Origin: Longivirga aurantiaca
GTDB lineage: Bacteria; Actinomycetota; Actinomycetes; S36-B12; CAIYMF01
Length of the DNA stretch: 32,000 nucleotides
Assembly: GCF_042660085.1 (NCBI RefSeq)
Contig: NZ_JBHSTI010000008.1
Span: 1,209,876-1,241,875 of the forward strand
Reading direction: 5' to 3'
Position 1 is the stretch's first letter. Each line of letters starts with the position of its first letter. The notes beneath the pieces are model-generated. The model worked only from the letters and a program-made list of their open reading frames with translations, was not told where the DNA came from and did no database searches. This document shows positions 1 through 9,102 of the stretch, piece by piece. The translations under genes and the position numbers were made by a program.

Positions 1-313
1 GCGTCTCGAGGAGCCCACGCAGCAGGCCGTAGTGCAGGCGGGTGAAGAACTCGTTGCGGATCTTCCAGCCGAACCCGCTCGCCACCCAGGTGAGGAACAG
101 GATCGTCAGGCCGACGACCTCGAGGCCGAGGTAGACGATCGCGAAGCCCAGCACGCGCAGCGGCTTGAACCACGGGGGGAGCGCGAACGACACGAGCACC
201 AGCAGCAGGAGGATCCAGGGGATCGCGAACAGGATGAGCCACACCCCGAAGAACCACACGAGCGGCGCGACCACGATCCGACGGAGCCAGTACGGCGGCA
301 GCCAGAGGTTCAT
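1..313 (-). CDS. integral membrane protein, N-terminal part (gene continues past the left edge)
   Basis: Own translation; absent from the ORF track because there is no stop in the window. ATG at 313..311 gives MNLWLPPYWLRRIVVAPLVWFFGVWLILFAIPWILLLLVLVSFALPPWFKPLRVLGFAIVYLGLEVVGLTILFLTWVASGFGWKIRNEFF... Several hydrophobic helices and G/C-rich third positions. Starts 12 nt downstream of the patatin stop on the same strand, so probably one operon. Confidence 0.55.
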   Translation of the reverse strand, partial: MNLWLPPYWLRRIVVAPLVWFFGVWLILFAIPWILLLLVLVSFALPPWFKPLRVLGFAIVYLGLEVVGLTILFLTWVASGFGWKIRNEFFTRLHYGLLRGLLET

Positions 314-325
314 CACGTCCCCCAG

Positions 326-1357
326 TCAGCCGGTGATTCCGAGGTCGGCGAGGTAGGCGGTCGACGCGTTGCGCGCGGCCGCGATCCGCTCCGGGATCCG
401 GCTGGTGTCGCGGTACCCGAGCGAGGCGCGCTCGTTGTAGCGCGGCGCCGTGCCCCCCGTGGGCAGCACGTGCACCTCGAGCTCGCCCTGGCTGCGTGCG
501 AGCGAGGCGGTGAAACGGGCGCGCCGCGCGACCTCGAAGGCGACCAGGCCGACCTCGAGCGGGTTGGTGGCGGGGGAGAGCGGCTGCTCGACCCGGCCCA
601 CCTGCAGCACGAACACCCGCTCGGCCCCCGCCTTGCGGGCACGGTCGAGCGGGATCGAGTTGACGATGCCGCCGTCGATGAAGTGCTCGCCGTCGATCTC
701 GTACGCCGGGAAGAGCCCGGGCACCGCCGAGGACGCCAGCACCGCCGGCACGATCGGCCCGGAGGTGAACCAGTGCTCGGCCGCCCGCTCGATCGACGCA
801 GCGCAGCACATGAACGGCACCTGGAGGTCCTCGATGAGCGTCACGGTCAGGTGCCGCTCGACCAGCACCTGCAGCGCCTTGTGGCCGTAGAGGGCGGTGC
901 GGGTGCGCCACGCGGTCCGGGTGACGGTCTGGGCCCGCTCGAGCCACGAGCCCGAGAACGGGCCCTCGTCGGCGTCGGACCAGAGCGCCTCGAGCCGGTC
1001 GACACCCGCCATCGTCGGGTCGTCGGCGACGAGCGCGCCGTTGGCGGCCCCGATCGACGTGCCGATCACGAGGTCGGGCCGCACGCCCGCCTCGACGAGC
1101 GCCCGCAGCATCCCGACCTCGGCGGCGCCGAGCAGTCCGCCTCCACCGAGGACGAACGCCGTCCGCGGCCGCTGCGTCGGCGGCTGCGCGTGGGGCTCCG
1201 AGGTCACCCCGGCATCGTGGCACGCCGTACCCCGTGTGGCGCGTGTGACGCCGGAGCCCAGCGGGGCGCAGGTGGGGGAGGTTCCTCCACAGGCGCTCAC
1301 GACGGGTGGCACAGGGCGGGTCCGATCCCTACCGTCGTGTCGTGCGGTCCCCGTCAC
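326..1357 (-). CDS. patatin-like phospholipase family protein
   Basis: 343 aa ORF. Glycine-rich loop FVLGGGGLLGAAEVG, nucleophile elbow GTSIG (GxSxG) and downstream IDGGIVN (DGG Asp motif) match the patatin Ser-Asp dyad layout. The N-terminal ~50 aa are low complexity, so the true start may be the in-frame GTG at 1207. Confidence 0.85.
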   Translation of the reverse strand: MTGTARHDGRDRTRPVPPVVSACGGTSPTCAPLGSGVTRATRGTACHDAGVTSEPHAQPPTQRPRTAFVLGGGGLLGAAEVGMLRALVEAGVRPDLVIGTSIGAANGALVADDPTMAGVDRLEALWSDADEGPFSGSWLERAQTVTRTAWRTRTALYGHKALQVLVERHLTVTLIEDLQVPFMCCAASIERAAEHWFTSGPIVPAVLASSAVPGLFPAYEIDGEHFIDGGIVNSIPLDRARKAGAERVFVLQVGRVEQPLSPATNPLEVGLVAFEVARRARFTASLARSQGELEVHVLPTGGTAPRYNERASLGYRDTSRIPERIAAARNASTAYLADLGITG

Positions 1358-2217
1358 GGGCCTCGGCAGGACGCCGTCGCCGTCACATCCGGCCCCTCAC
1401 CCGCATCGCGGCTCTCGCCCTGGCCGCCCTGACCTGCACGACCGCACCGGCCCTCGTCACGACGGGCCCGGCGCACGCCGTCGACGTGATCGGCGACGAC
1501 GGCTCCGACATCTACACCGGCACCGGCGGGGTGGTCTTCCCGTCGTCCACCTGGCGCGGCGACGAGACCGGTCGGTCGGACGCCGCGGCCTGCGACGGCT
1601 GCACCTGGAGCATCACCGCGTTCTGCACCCGAGCCGACTTCGACCTCGGCAGTTGCACGGCGAGCCACCTCGACTGCCCGGCCGACCTCATCCGGGTGCG
1701 CGTCTGGCTGGCACAGCCGGGGGAGCCGCGCCGGTTCGTCGGCGCAGCGTGCATCGGGGGTACGCCGCCGCCCACCAGGACGGAGATCGGGGCCGCCGTC
1801 CGCGAGGCGGCGTCGCAGGCGCTGCCTGCCCTCCGTGCGGGGGCGCAGCCGGCCGACGGCGCTCTGATCGGGGTGCCGGCCGTGTTCCGCACCGGTCAGC
1901 CCGTCGGAGGGCTCGTCGGCGCCGATCTCTCGCTGCTCGGCCTCGACGTGCGCCTCGACGCCCGCCCGCGCTGGTGGTGGGCCTGGGGCGACGGCGGCAG
2001 CAGCTGGACGGCATCGCCGGGCGGCCGGTGGCCCGACGCCTCGGTCGCCCACACCTACCGCGCGCTCGGGGCCCAGACGGTCCGGGTCACGGCGGTGTGG
2101 CGCGGCAGCTACGTCGTGGAGGGGCTCGGGCCGTTCCCGGTGCCCGGAGACCCGCTCACGCAGGACGACGTGATCACCGTCGACGTGCGCGAGGCGCGCG
2201 CGCTGCTCGTGGGCTGA
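1306..2217 (+). CDS. secreted Cys-rich protein with C-terminal PKD-like repeat, function unknown
   Basis: Signal-like segment RIAALALAALTCTTAPALVTTGPAHA. Cys cluster CDGCTWSITAFCTRADFDLGSCTASHLDCP. C-terminal WGDGGS...AHTYRALGAQTVRVTAVW resembles the PKD signature (WxFGDG ... HxY ... G.Y.V.L.V). Start uncertain: GTG 1342 is also possible and would remove the overlap with the divergent patatin gene. Confidence 0.6.
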   Translation: MAQGGSDPYRRVVRSPSRASAGRRRRHIRPLTRIAALALAALTCTTAPALVTTGPAHAVDVIGDDGSDIYTGTGGVVFPSSTWRGDETGRSDAAACDGCTWSITAFCTRADFDLGSCTASHLDCPADLIRVRVWLAQPGEPRRFVGAACIGGTPPPTRTEIGAAVREAASQALPALRAGAQPADGALIGVPAVFRTGQPVGGLVGADLSLLGLDVRLDARPRWWWAWGDGGSSWTASPGGRWPDASVAHTYRALGAQTVRVTAVWRGSYVVEGLGPFPVPGDPLTQDDVITVDVREARALLVG

Positions 2218-2223
2218 GCCGGG

Positions 2224-3063
2224 TCAGCGGGGCACGGAGGACACGGCGCCGACGAGAGGCCCGCGGGCGGTGGTCGCGCCGAGCTCGAGCGCGAGGTCGA
2301 GGTCGGCCTGGGTCGAGACGCCGACGGCGAGGACGGCGGCACCGGCGTCGCGTCCGGCGTCCAGGAGGCGGCGCGAGGCCACCTCGTCCCGGTGCGGGCG
2401 CGACACGTCGACCTGGACGTACGCCGGACGCAGCGTTCCCATCATCGATTCGGCCGTCGCCGACGCGTTCGTGCCGGAGACGTCGGCCACGACGAGGTGC
2501 CAGCCCCAGCCGGTCATCTCCTCGGCGGCCGCCTGCAGCCGGGTGAGGTCGGCGAAGGCGTCCTCGTGCAGCTCCGCGCAGATGTTGAGGGCCCGCCGGC
2601 CGCGCAGCCAGGCTACGGCCAGCCGCGGGGGGCACGCGCCCCCGAAGGTCTCCGGCTCGGGCGTCAGGTGCAGCTCGCCGGTGAGGCCGGCGTCCATCGC
2701 GACGTCGAAGGCGTGGCAGCGGAACGCCCAGTCGAGCCGCTCGACGAGGCCGAGGCTGCTCGCCTGCTCCAGGAGGCTGAGGGTGTCCGCCACATCCGTG
2801 CCGGGAGCACCGCGGCCGACTGCCTTCCAGCCCACGAGCGGGCCGGACGCCGGCGTCGGGCCGTCGAGCCGGCGGACGGGGGAGAAGTCGGGACCGAGCA
2901 GGGAGGGCTCGGCGATCAGCTGCTCCACCTGCTCGCGCACGCGCCTGTTGCGGTCCAGCCCCGCGGACAGGATCTCCGAGGGCCGGGGATGCGGTGCGGG
3001 GGCCCCGGCACGTCCGCTCGCGGGCAGGCCGGAGGAGGCGCGCGCGGGCGGAATGAGCGTCAC
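2224..3063 (-). CDS. stand-alone EAL-like domain protein with degenerate catalytic motifs
   Basis: 279 aa, GTG start. Its blocks are collinear with the EAL fold: FSPVRRL...GWKAVGRG (cf. FQPI...EALxR), ICAELHED (cf. E-x-x-E), HLVVADVSGT (cf. ALDDFGTG), YVQVDVS (cf. lKiD), LAVGVSTQADLDLALELGATTARGP (cf. EGVE...QG). Several catalytic positions are substituted. Confidence 0.6.
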   Translation of the reverse strand: MTLIPPARASSGLPASGRAGAPAPHPRPSEILSAGLDRNRRVREQVEQLIAEPSLLGPDFSPVRRLDGPTPASGPLVGWKAVGRGAPGTDVADTLSLLEQASSLGLVERLDWAFRCHAFDVAMDAGLTGELHLTPEPETFGGACPPRLAVAWLRGRRALNICAELHEDAFADLTRLQAAAEEMTGWGWHLVVADVSGTNASATAESMMGTLRPAYVQVDVSRPHRDEVASRRLLDAGRDAGAAVLAVGVSTQADLDLALELGATTARGPLVGAVSSVPR

Positions 3064-3181
3064 CTACAAGTCGTCGGCACCATCGGCGTCGTCTTGAGCG
3101 CATCCCGCCTCCGGGCGTACTACGTTCCGGGTGCGGGCGGCGATGGAGCCGCCGGCACGTGCACGCGCCGAGGAGGAACGC

Positions 3182-3592
3182 ATGGGTGGCATCGGGAGCC
3201 CGATCGTGGTCGGGTACGTCGAGACGCCGGAGGGCCAGGCAGCCCTGGATCGCGCGGTCACCGAGGCGCAGCAGCGCAGCGCCAAGCTCGTGGTCATCAA
3301 CTCGCAGAAGGGCGGCCGGAGCCTCAGCCCCGAGCACGCCGTCGAGGTGGACGACGAGATGAACGCCCTCCACTCCCGGCTGCACGAGATCGGCGTCGAG
3401 CACGAGGTGCGCCAGCTCGTCCGGGGCAGCGACCCGGCGGAGGACCTCATCGCCGTCGCCGACGAGGTGGACGCCGACATGATCGTGATCGGCCTGCGCC
3501 GCCGGACGCCAGTCGGCAAGCTGATCATGGGCAGCAACAGCCAGACGATCCTGCTCGACGCGAGCTGCCCGGTCCTCGCCGTCAAGGCGTAG
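3182..3592 (+). CDS. universal stress protein (UspA family)
   Basis: MGGIGSPIVVGYVETPEGQAALDRAV...ADMIVIGLRRRTPVGKLIMGSNSQTILLDASCPVLAVKA is the typical USP C-terminal G-x2-G-x9-G(S/T) ATP-binding-type motif. ATG 3182 is preceded by AGGAGGAA; the upstream in-frame extension to 3131 is unlikely. Confidence 0.85.
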   Translation: MGGIGSPIVVGYVETPEGQAALDRAVTEAQQRSAKLVVINSQKGGRSLSPEHAVEVDDEMNALHSRLHEIGVEHEVRQLVRGSDPAEDLIAVADEVDADMIVIGLRRRTPVGKLIMGSNSQTILLDASCPVLAVKA

Positions 3593-3670
3593 CCGCACTC
3601 CTGGTCGAACCGGTCACATCCGCATCACCGCGAGGTCGGTGACGGGCGCGCGGAGACGTACCGTGGGCGG

Positions 3671-4273
3671 GTGACGACGTCGACGACCGGCCCCGCACCC
3701 CGCTCGCTCTCCCTGTGCTTCGACGTCCGGGGCGATGCCCTCCTCGCGCGCGACCCGTTCGCGCTCGTGACGGGCATGCTGCTCGATCAGCAGATGCCGA
3801 TGGAGCGGGCGTTCCTCGGGCCGTGGAAGCTGGCCGAGCGGATGGGCACGACCGAGCGGCTCGACGTCGCGCGGATCGCGGCGTACGACCCCGAGGAGTT
3901 CGCGGCGCTCGTGTCGGCACCGCCTGCCGTGCACCGGTTCCCGGGCTCCATGGCCGGCCGCATCCAGGGCCTCGCCCGCCACGTGGTGGTCGAGTACGCC
4001 GGCGACACCGCGGCCATCTGGCGCTCGGTGCCGTCGGGCGACGCTCTCTACCACCGGCTCCTCGACCTGCCGGGGTACGGCGACCAGAAGGCGCGCATCC
4101 TCCTCGCCCTCCTCGGCAAGCAGTTCGAGGTGCGCCCGCGCGGCTGGCGCGAGGCGGCGGGCGCCTACGGCGAGGCCGGCTCGACCCGGTCCGTCGCCGA
4201 CGTGACCGACGCCGTGAGCCTGGCCGCGGTCCGGTCGTCCAAGCAGGCGGCCAAGGCGGCCGCTGCGCGCTGA
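3671..4273 (+). CDS. HhH-GPD-type base-excision DNA repair family protein
   Basis: 200 aa. [41 protein letters not shown] and [20 protein letters not shown] (helix-hairpin-helix-like) match my memory of the actinobacterial HhH-GPD-type family. Not verified by search. Confidence 0.65.
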   Translation: MTTSTTGPAPRSLSLCFDVRGDALLARDPFALVTGMLLDQQMPMERAFLGPWKLAERMGTTERLDVARIAAYDPEEFAALVSAPPAVHRFPGSMAGRIQGLARHVVVEYAGDTAAIWRSVPSGDALYHRLLDLPGYGDQKARILLALLGKQFEVRPRGWREAAGAYGEAGSTRSVADVTDAVSLAAVRSSKQAAKAAAAR

Positions 4274-4461
4274 GCGGACACCGGGAACGCCCCCACCCCC
4301 GCGGCTCGTCCCACCACCGCCGCGCGGAGCGCCCCCGCCGGTCGGGGGGAATGTCCGGGCCGTGTCACAATGTTCACCGGACGCCCCTTGCGCTCCGCCT
4401 CACCTCGCACGCCCCGGTGACCCCTGGATGCGTGCCCGCCCGCCCGACGAGAGGTTTGTTC

Positions 4462-5928
<1,467 letters not shown>

Positions 5929-5944
5929 TCCAGCGCCGTTCGCT

Positions 5945-5977
5945 GCTGAGACCCGTTGCTGCGCAGCGGGTCTCAGC
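5945..5977 (+). terminator. stem-loop 17 nt after the sigA stop (likely intrinsic terminator, no U-tail)
   Basis: Perfect 11-bp inverted repeat: gctgagacccg (5945-5955) / cgggtctcagc (5967-5977), with an 11-nt loop. Confidence 0.6.
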
Positions 5978-6015
5978 GCTTGAGCCCGCGAACCGGACGG
6001 GTCGGTTCCGGCTGG

Positions 6016-6720
6016 ATGGTCGATCTGCGAGCCCTCCGACCCGACCTCCCGCCCACCGTGCTCAACGGCCCGCTGGGAGCGCACCGCACCGCGGACTGGT
6101 TCACAGCCGACCTGGGCGACCTCTCCCGGGTCGCGGACCGAGCCGGGTGCCGGATCAACGACGTCTACCTCGCTGTCATGGCCGGCTGCCTGCGGAATGT
6201 CCTGATCGACAGGTCGGAGCTCGAGGCGACCACCCGCGTACGGGTCCTGGTGCCGGTGTCCATGCGCCGGAGCGCGTCCGACCTGCGCGCCGGCAACCTC
6301 GACGCGGCGTTCTTCATCGATCTCCCGGTGCACCTCGAGTCGCCGCGGGCGATTCTCGACGACATCGCACGGCAGACGAGCGGAGCCAAGGCAGCCGGCG
6401 ACCCGCTCGCGACGGAGCAGCTCCTGCGCGCCGGTGACCTCGTACCCGTGCCGCTGCTCGATCGCGGCCCGGGCCTACGTGCGCCCGGCCAGGCACGGGT
6501 GAACTTCGTGGCGTCGGACGTCCGCGGGCCGAGCGAGCCGCTGGAGCTGTGCGGTCGACCGATCCGCGACATCGTGCAGTGCCTGCCGCTGGCGCTCGAC
6601 GTGCGGGTCACGAGTGCGCTCGTGTCGTACGCCGGCCGCGCGGTCGTCTCGGTGACTGTCGACCACGCGGTCTCGCCCGATGCCTCGACCCTGACCCCGC
6701 CGGTCGGTGACAACCGCTAT
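6016..6720 (+). pseudogene. 5'-truncated wax ester synthase/diacylglycerol acyltransferase (WS/DGAT) C-terminal-domain remnant
   Basis: LNGPLGAHRTADWFTADLGDLSRVADRAGCRINDVYLAVMAGCLRNVL...VLVPVSMRR...AGNLDAAFFIDLP...VNFVASDVRGPSEPLELCGRPI...VSYAGRAVVSVTVDHAVSPDAS is collinear with the WS/DGAT C-terminal domain. The N-terminal catalytic HHxxxDG half is absent. There is no native stop: the frame reads through to 7260, across the next gene. Confidence 0.6.
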
Positions 6721-6785
6721 CGGTCGTGCCCTTCCACGGCTAGCATCCGTCGTCATCCAGCGACGTTCGCTGGCCAGGAGGCCCC

Positions 6786-8351
6786 ATGCCGGAGTCCATC
6801 AGTCGTCGACGATTCCTCTCAGGAGCGGCGGCGGTCGCTGCGGGGGTCGCCCTGTCGGGTCCGCTGCCCGCGGCCTCCGCTGCGCGCCGCCGGAGCCGCG
6901 TCGTGGTCCTGGGCGCCGGGCTCGCCGGCCTGGCAGCGGCGTACGAGATCAAGAAGGCCGACCGCTCCGTCGACGTGGTCGTGCTGGAAGGACAGAACCG
7001 CGTCGGCGGTCGCGTCCTCACTGCCCGGACCGACAGCGACGGCGTCCCGTTCGCCGACGGCCTCCACGTCGAGCTGGGCGCGCATCGCATCCCGAGCAAC
7101 CACGACCGGACCCTCGGCTACATCAGGGAGCTGGGCCTGGACTCTCAGGTCGTGCCCTTCCAGGACGTGCTGCCGGACGGTTCGCCGAGTCGCCGGAAGT
7201 TCGTCCTGCGCGATACGGCGTTCTACTCCGACGAGCCCTTCCCGGACGTCCTCGAGCTGACGCCCGACGAGCGTGCCGACGTCTACGCCGGGTACTGGTA
7301 CTACGAGACGCGCTTCGTGAGCGGTCAGCGACCGCCCTCGGGGAGCAACATGCTCGGCAGGATCGTCGTGCCGCGCTTCGCCGCGACCGACTGGCCCTAC
7401 GGCCGCAGCGACCGTGCCTCGGTCGACGCGTGGAACAGCATCACCCTCGAGCAGTTCCTGGCGGGCAACGGCGCCAGCGCCGACTGGATCCGCTTCTACA
7501 AGGCGGAGAACGGCTCGGAGCCGTCTGAGATCGCGGCGCTCCCGTGGCTCGCCCAGGACGTGCTGCATGCCAAGTGGTTCGACACCTTGTACCTGCAAGG
7601 TGGTCTGGACCAGATCGCTGACGGGCTGGCGGCACGGTTGACCGCGGCCGGGGTGCCCATCCGGCTGGAGCACGAGATCCTCTCCGTCACAGCCGGCCCA
7701 TCGTCGACGAGCGTGCTCTACCGCGAGCCCTCGGGCGCACTGCGCAGCATCGAGGCTGCGCGCGTCGTGTGCGCGCTGCCGTTCTCCGCCCTGCGCTACC
7801 GCGGCGTCGACCTGTCCGGCGCAGGTCTCACGGCACAGAAGCGGTATTGGATCGACAACCTCCCCATGGTCGCCTCGGCGCGGGTCGCCCTGCAGTCAAG
7901 CACCCGGTTCTGGAACAGCGAAGGTCTCGAGGGTCTGCACCTGGTCGGTACGGACACCGCTCTCGAGCGGATCTGGCACTCCACCAGCACGCAGCCGGCG
8001 GGCAGCGGCATCCTTCAGGCCTACCTCCAGTCCGAGAGCGCGCGCAACGCCCCGGCCACGGGGACCATCGACTGGTTCGCGCAGCAGCTGGCCGGCGTGC
8101 TCCCGCAGGTGGCGGGAGGCGGAGGCTGGAACGGCCAGGGCGCCGCAAAGCTGTGGCACCTCGATCCGTGGGTTCGCGGTGCGTGGGCGTCGCCCGGCCC
8201 CGGCGACCTGGTCGAGGGCTTCCATGTCTGGGGTCGCCCCGAGGGCCGAATCCACTTCGCCGGGGAGCACACGTCGTTGTTCATGGGCTGGATGCAGGGT
8301 GCGCTCGAGTCCGGGCAGCGGGCATCGGCCGAGGTGTTGGCCGCCCTCTGA
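6786..8351 (+). CDS. Tat-exported flavin-dependent amine oxidase family protein
   Basis: 521 aa, GGAGG 5 nt before the ATG. Twin-arginine signal SRRRFLSGAAAVAAGVALSG...AASA. Dinucleotide fold VVVLGAGLAGLAAAYEI...VVVLEGQNRVGGRV and C-terminal IHFAGEHTS are typical of flavin monoamine/L-amino-acid oxidases. Confidence 0.85.
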   Translation: MPESISRRRFLSGAAAVAAGVALSGPLPAASAARRRSRVVVLGAGLAGLAAAYEIKKADRSVDVVVLEGQNRVGGRVLTARTDSDGVPFADGLHVELGAHRIPSNHDRTLGYIRELGLDSQVVPFQDVLPDGSPSRRKFVLRDTAFYSDEPFPDVLELTPDERADVYAGYWYYETRFVSGQRPPSGSNMLGRIVVPRFAATDWPYGRSDRASVDAWNSITLEQFLAGNGASADWIRFYKAENGSEPSEIAALPWLAQDVLHAKWFDTLYLQGGLDQIADGLAARLTAAGVPIRLEHEILSVTAGPSSTSVLYREPSGALRSIEAARVVCALPFSALRYRGVDLSGAGLTAQKRYWIDNLPMVASARVALQSSTRFWNSEGLEGLHLVGTDTALERIWHSTSTQPAGSGILQAYLQSESARNAPATGTIDWFAQQLAGVLPQVAGGGGWNGQGAAKLWHLDPWVRGAWASPGPGDLVEGFHVWGRPEGRIHFAGEHTSLFMGWMQGALESGQRASAEVLAAL

Positions 8352-8835
8352 CGGAGTCGATACTGTCGGCCGCGCCTGCAGGATCAGCCCGCCAGGGTTG
8401 GCCACTCACCTCTGCTCGACAGTTCGACGCAGCCACCATCGCTGCTCTCCGTCGCGACCCTGTGACGCACCGTCGATGCTGGCGTCGACAGAGCAGGGCG
8501 CAGCGCCATGCCGCACGGGAGGCGGGCCACAAGCCGGCGCACCTTCCTCCCCGAAAGCCACCGTCGCCCAGGAGCCGGTCCGTGATCCGTCCGACCCGTC
8601 GTGCCCGTCGTCCGCTTCTTTATCGAGAGCCGTAACCGGCGGATCGCTGATTAAGCAGCCAACCTAGGGCCGTAGCAGCGAGGCGTGACGCGCCTACTAG
8701 CTGGGCCTGTGCAAGCCCTTCCGCGGACACGCATCGAATAGCTCCGTCGATTGCTGTAACTGAAGTCCGTGACCTTCTTGATGGAATCGGCCCACACTGA
8801 GGTCAAGAGGATGACCGCGGACTCAGTCCAGGATA

Positions 8836-8922
8836 GTGACGCGCACAGCGCGGCCCACGCCTGCGTGATCCGTTGCCGCGCACAGCGTTCAGCCGTTCCT
8901 GGTGCGCGACTACCTGGACTAG
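8836..8922 (+). pseudogene. heavily decayed copy of the sigA 3' end (remnant A)
   Basis: Blocks shared with sigA in the same order: gtgacgcgc (8836-8844), ctgcgtGatcc (8861-8871 vs ctgcgtcatcc), cagccgttcc (8890-8899), and an identical 16-mer cgcgactacctggact (8905-8920 = sigA 5911-5926). A stop codon follows at the same position (TAG vs TGA). Indels and an in-frame TGA break the reading frame. Confidence 0.6.
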
Positions 8923-9102
8923 GAGACAGGAACGAAATCAGTCGAACCCCTTGCGTAGCAGGAGGTTTCGTCGTTTCATCACATCAGGGTTGCCTCGCAC
9001 AGCGCTCTCTCCCTGCACATGTAGGTTGAGGCGCAGCTTTCCGAGCCGGCTGGGTCGCGAGCCGGAGAGTCTTCCGAGCCCGCCAACTCCGGGTCGGCAC
9101 GG

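Noticed and set aside
32-2546. Long ORFs 32-1432(+), 897-2546(+), 313-642(-), 1354-2052(-) overlapping the patatin and PKD-like genes
   Set aside because: Arg/Pro/Gly/Ala-rich low-complexity translations, antisense or out of frame to genes with clear motifs. These are typical shadow ORFs of stop-poor GC-rich DNA.
3715-4461. N-terminal extension of the sigma factor ORF (737-aa version starting at 3715)
   Set aside because: It overlaps the HhH-GPD gene out of frame and its translation is Arg/Pro junk. A GTG at 4462 with an upstream GAGAGG gives a normal HrdB-like N-terminus.
4274-4461. sigA promoter: possible -10 CACAAT around 4366-4371
   Set aside because: No acceptable -35 element at 16-18 bp spacing that I could see. 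Calling a promoter from a single weak hexamer is not justified.
5956-7260. 434-aa ORF read as one protein
   Set aside because: Chimeric. Its first half is the WS/DGAT C-domain remnant. Its second half is an out-of-frame overlap of the well-supported amine oxidase gene (Arg/Ser/Pro-rich).
8352-9102. Possible tRNA/tmRNA or integrase remnant next to sigA remnant A
   Set aside because: I found no GTTCGAATC-type T-arm, acceptor/CCA context or cloverleaf by eye. The six-frame translations show no recombinase-like motifs. This cannot be excluded without tRNAscan/HMM searches.
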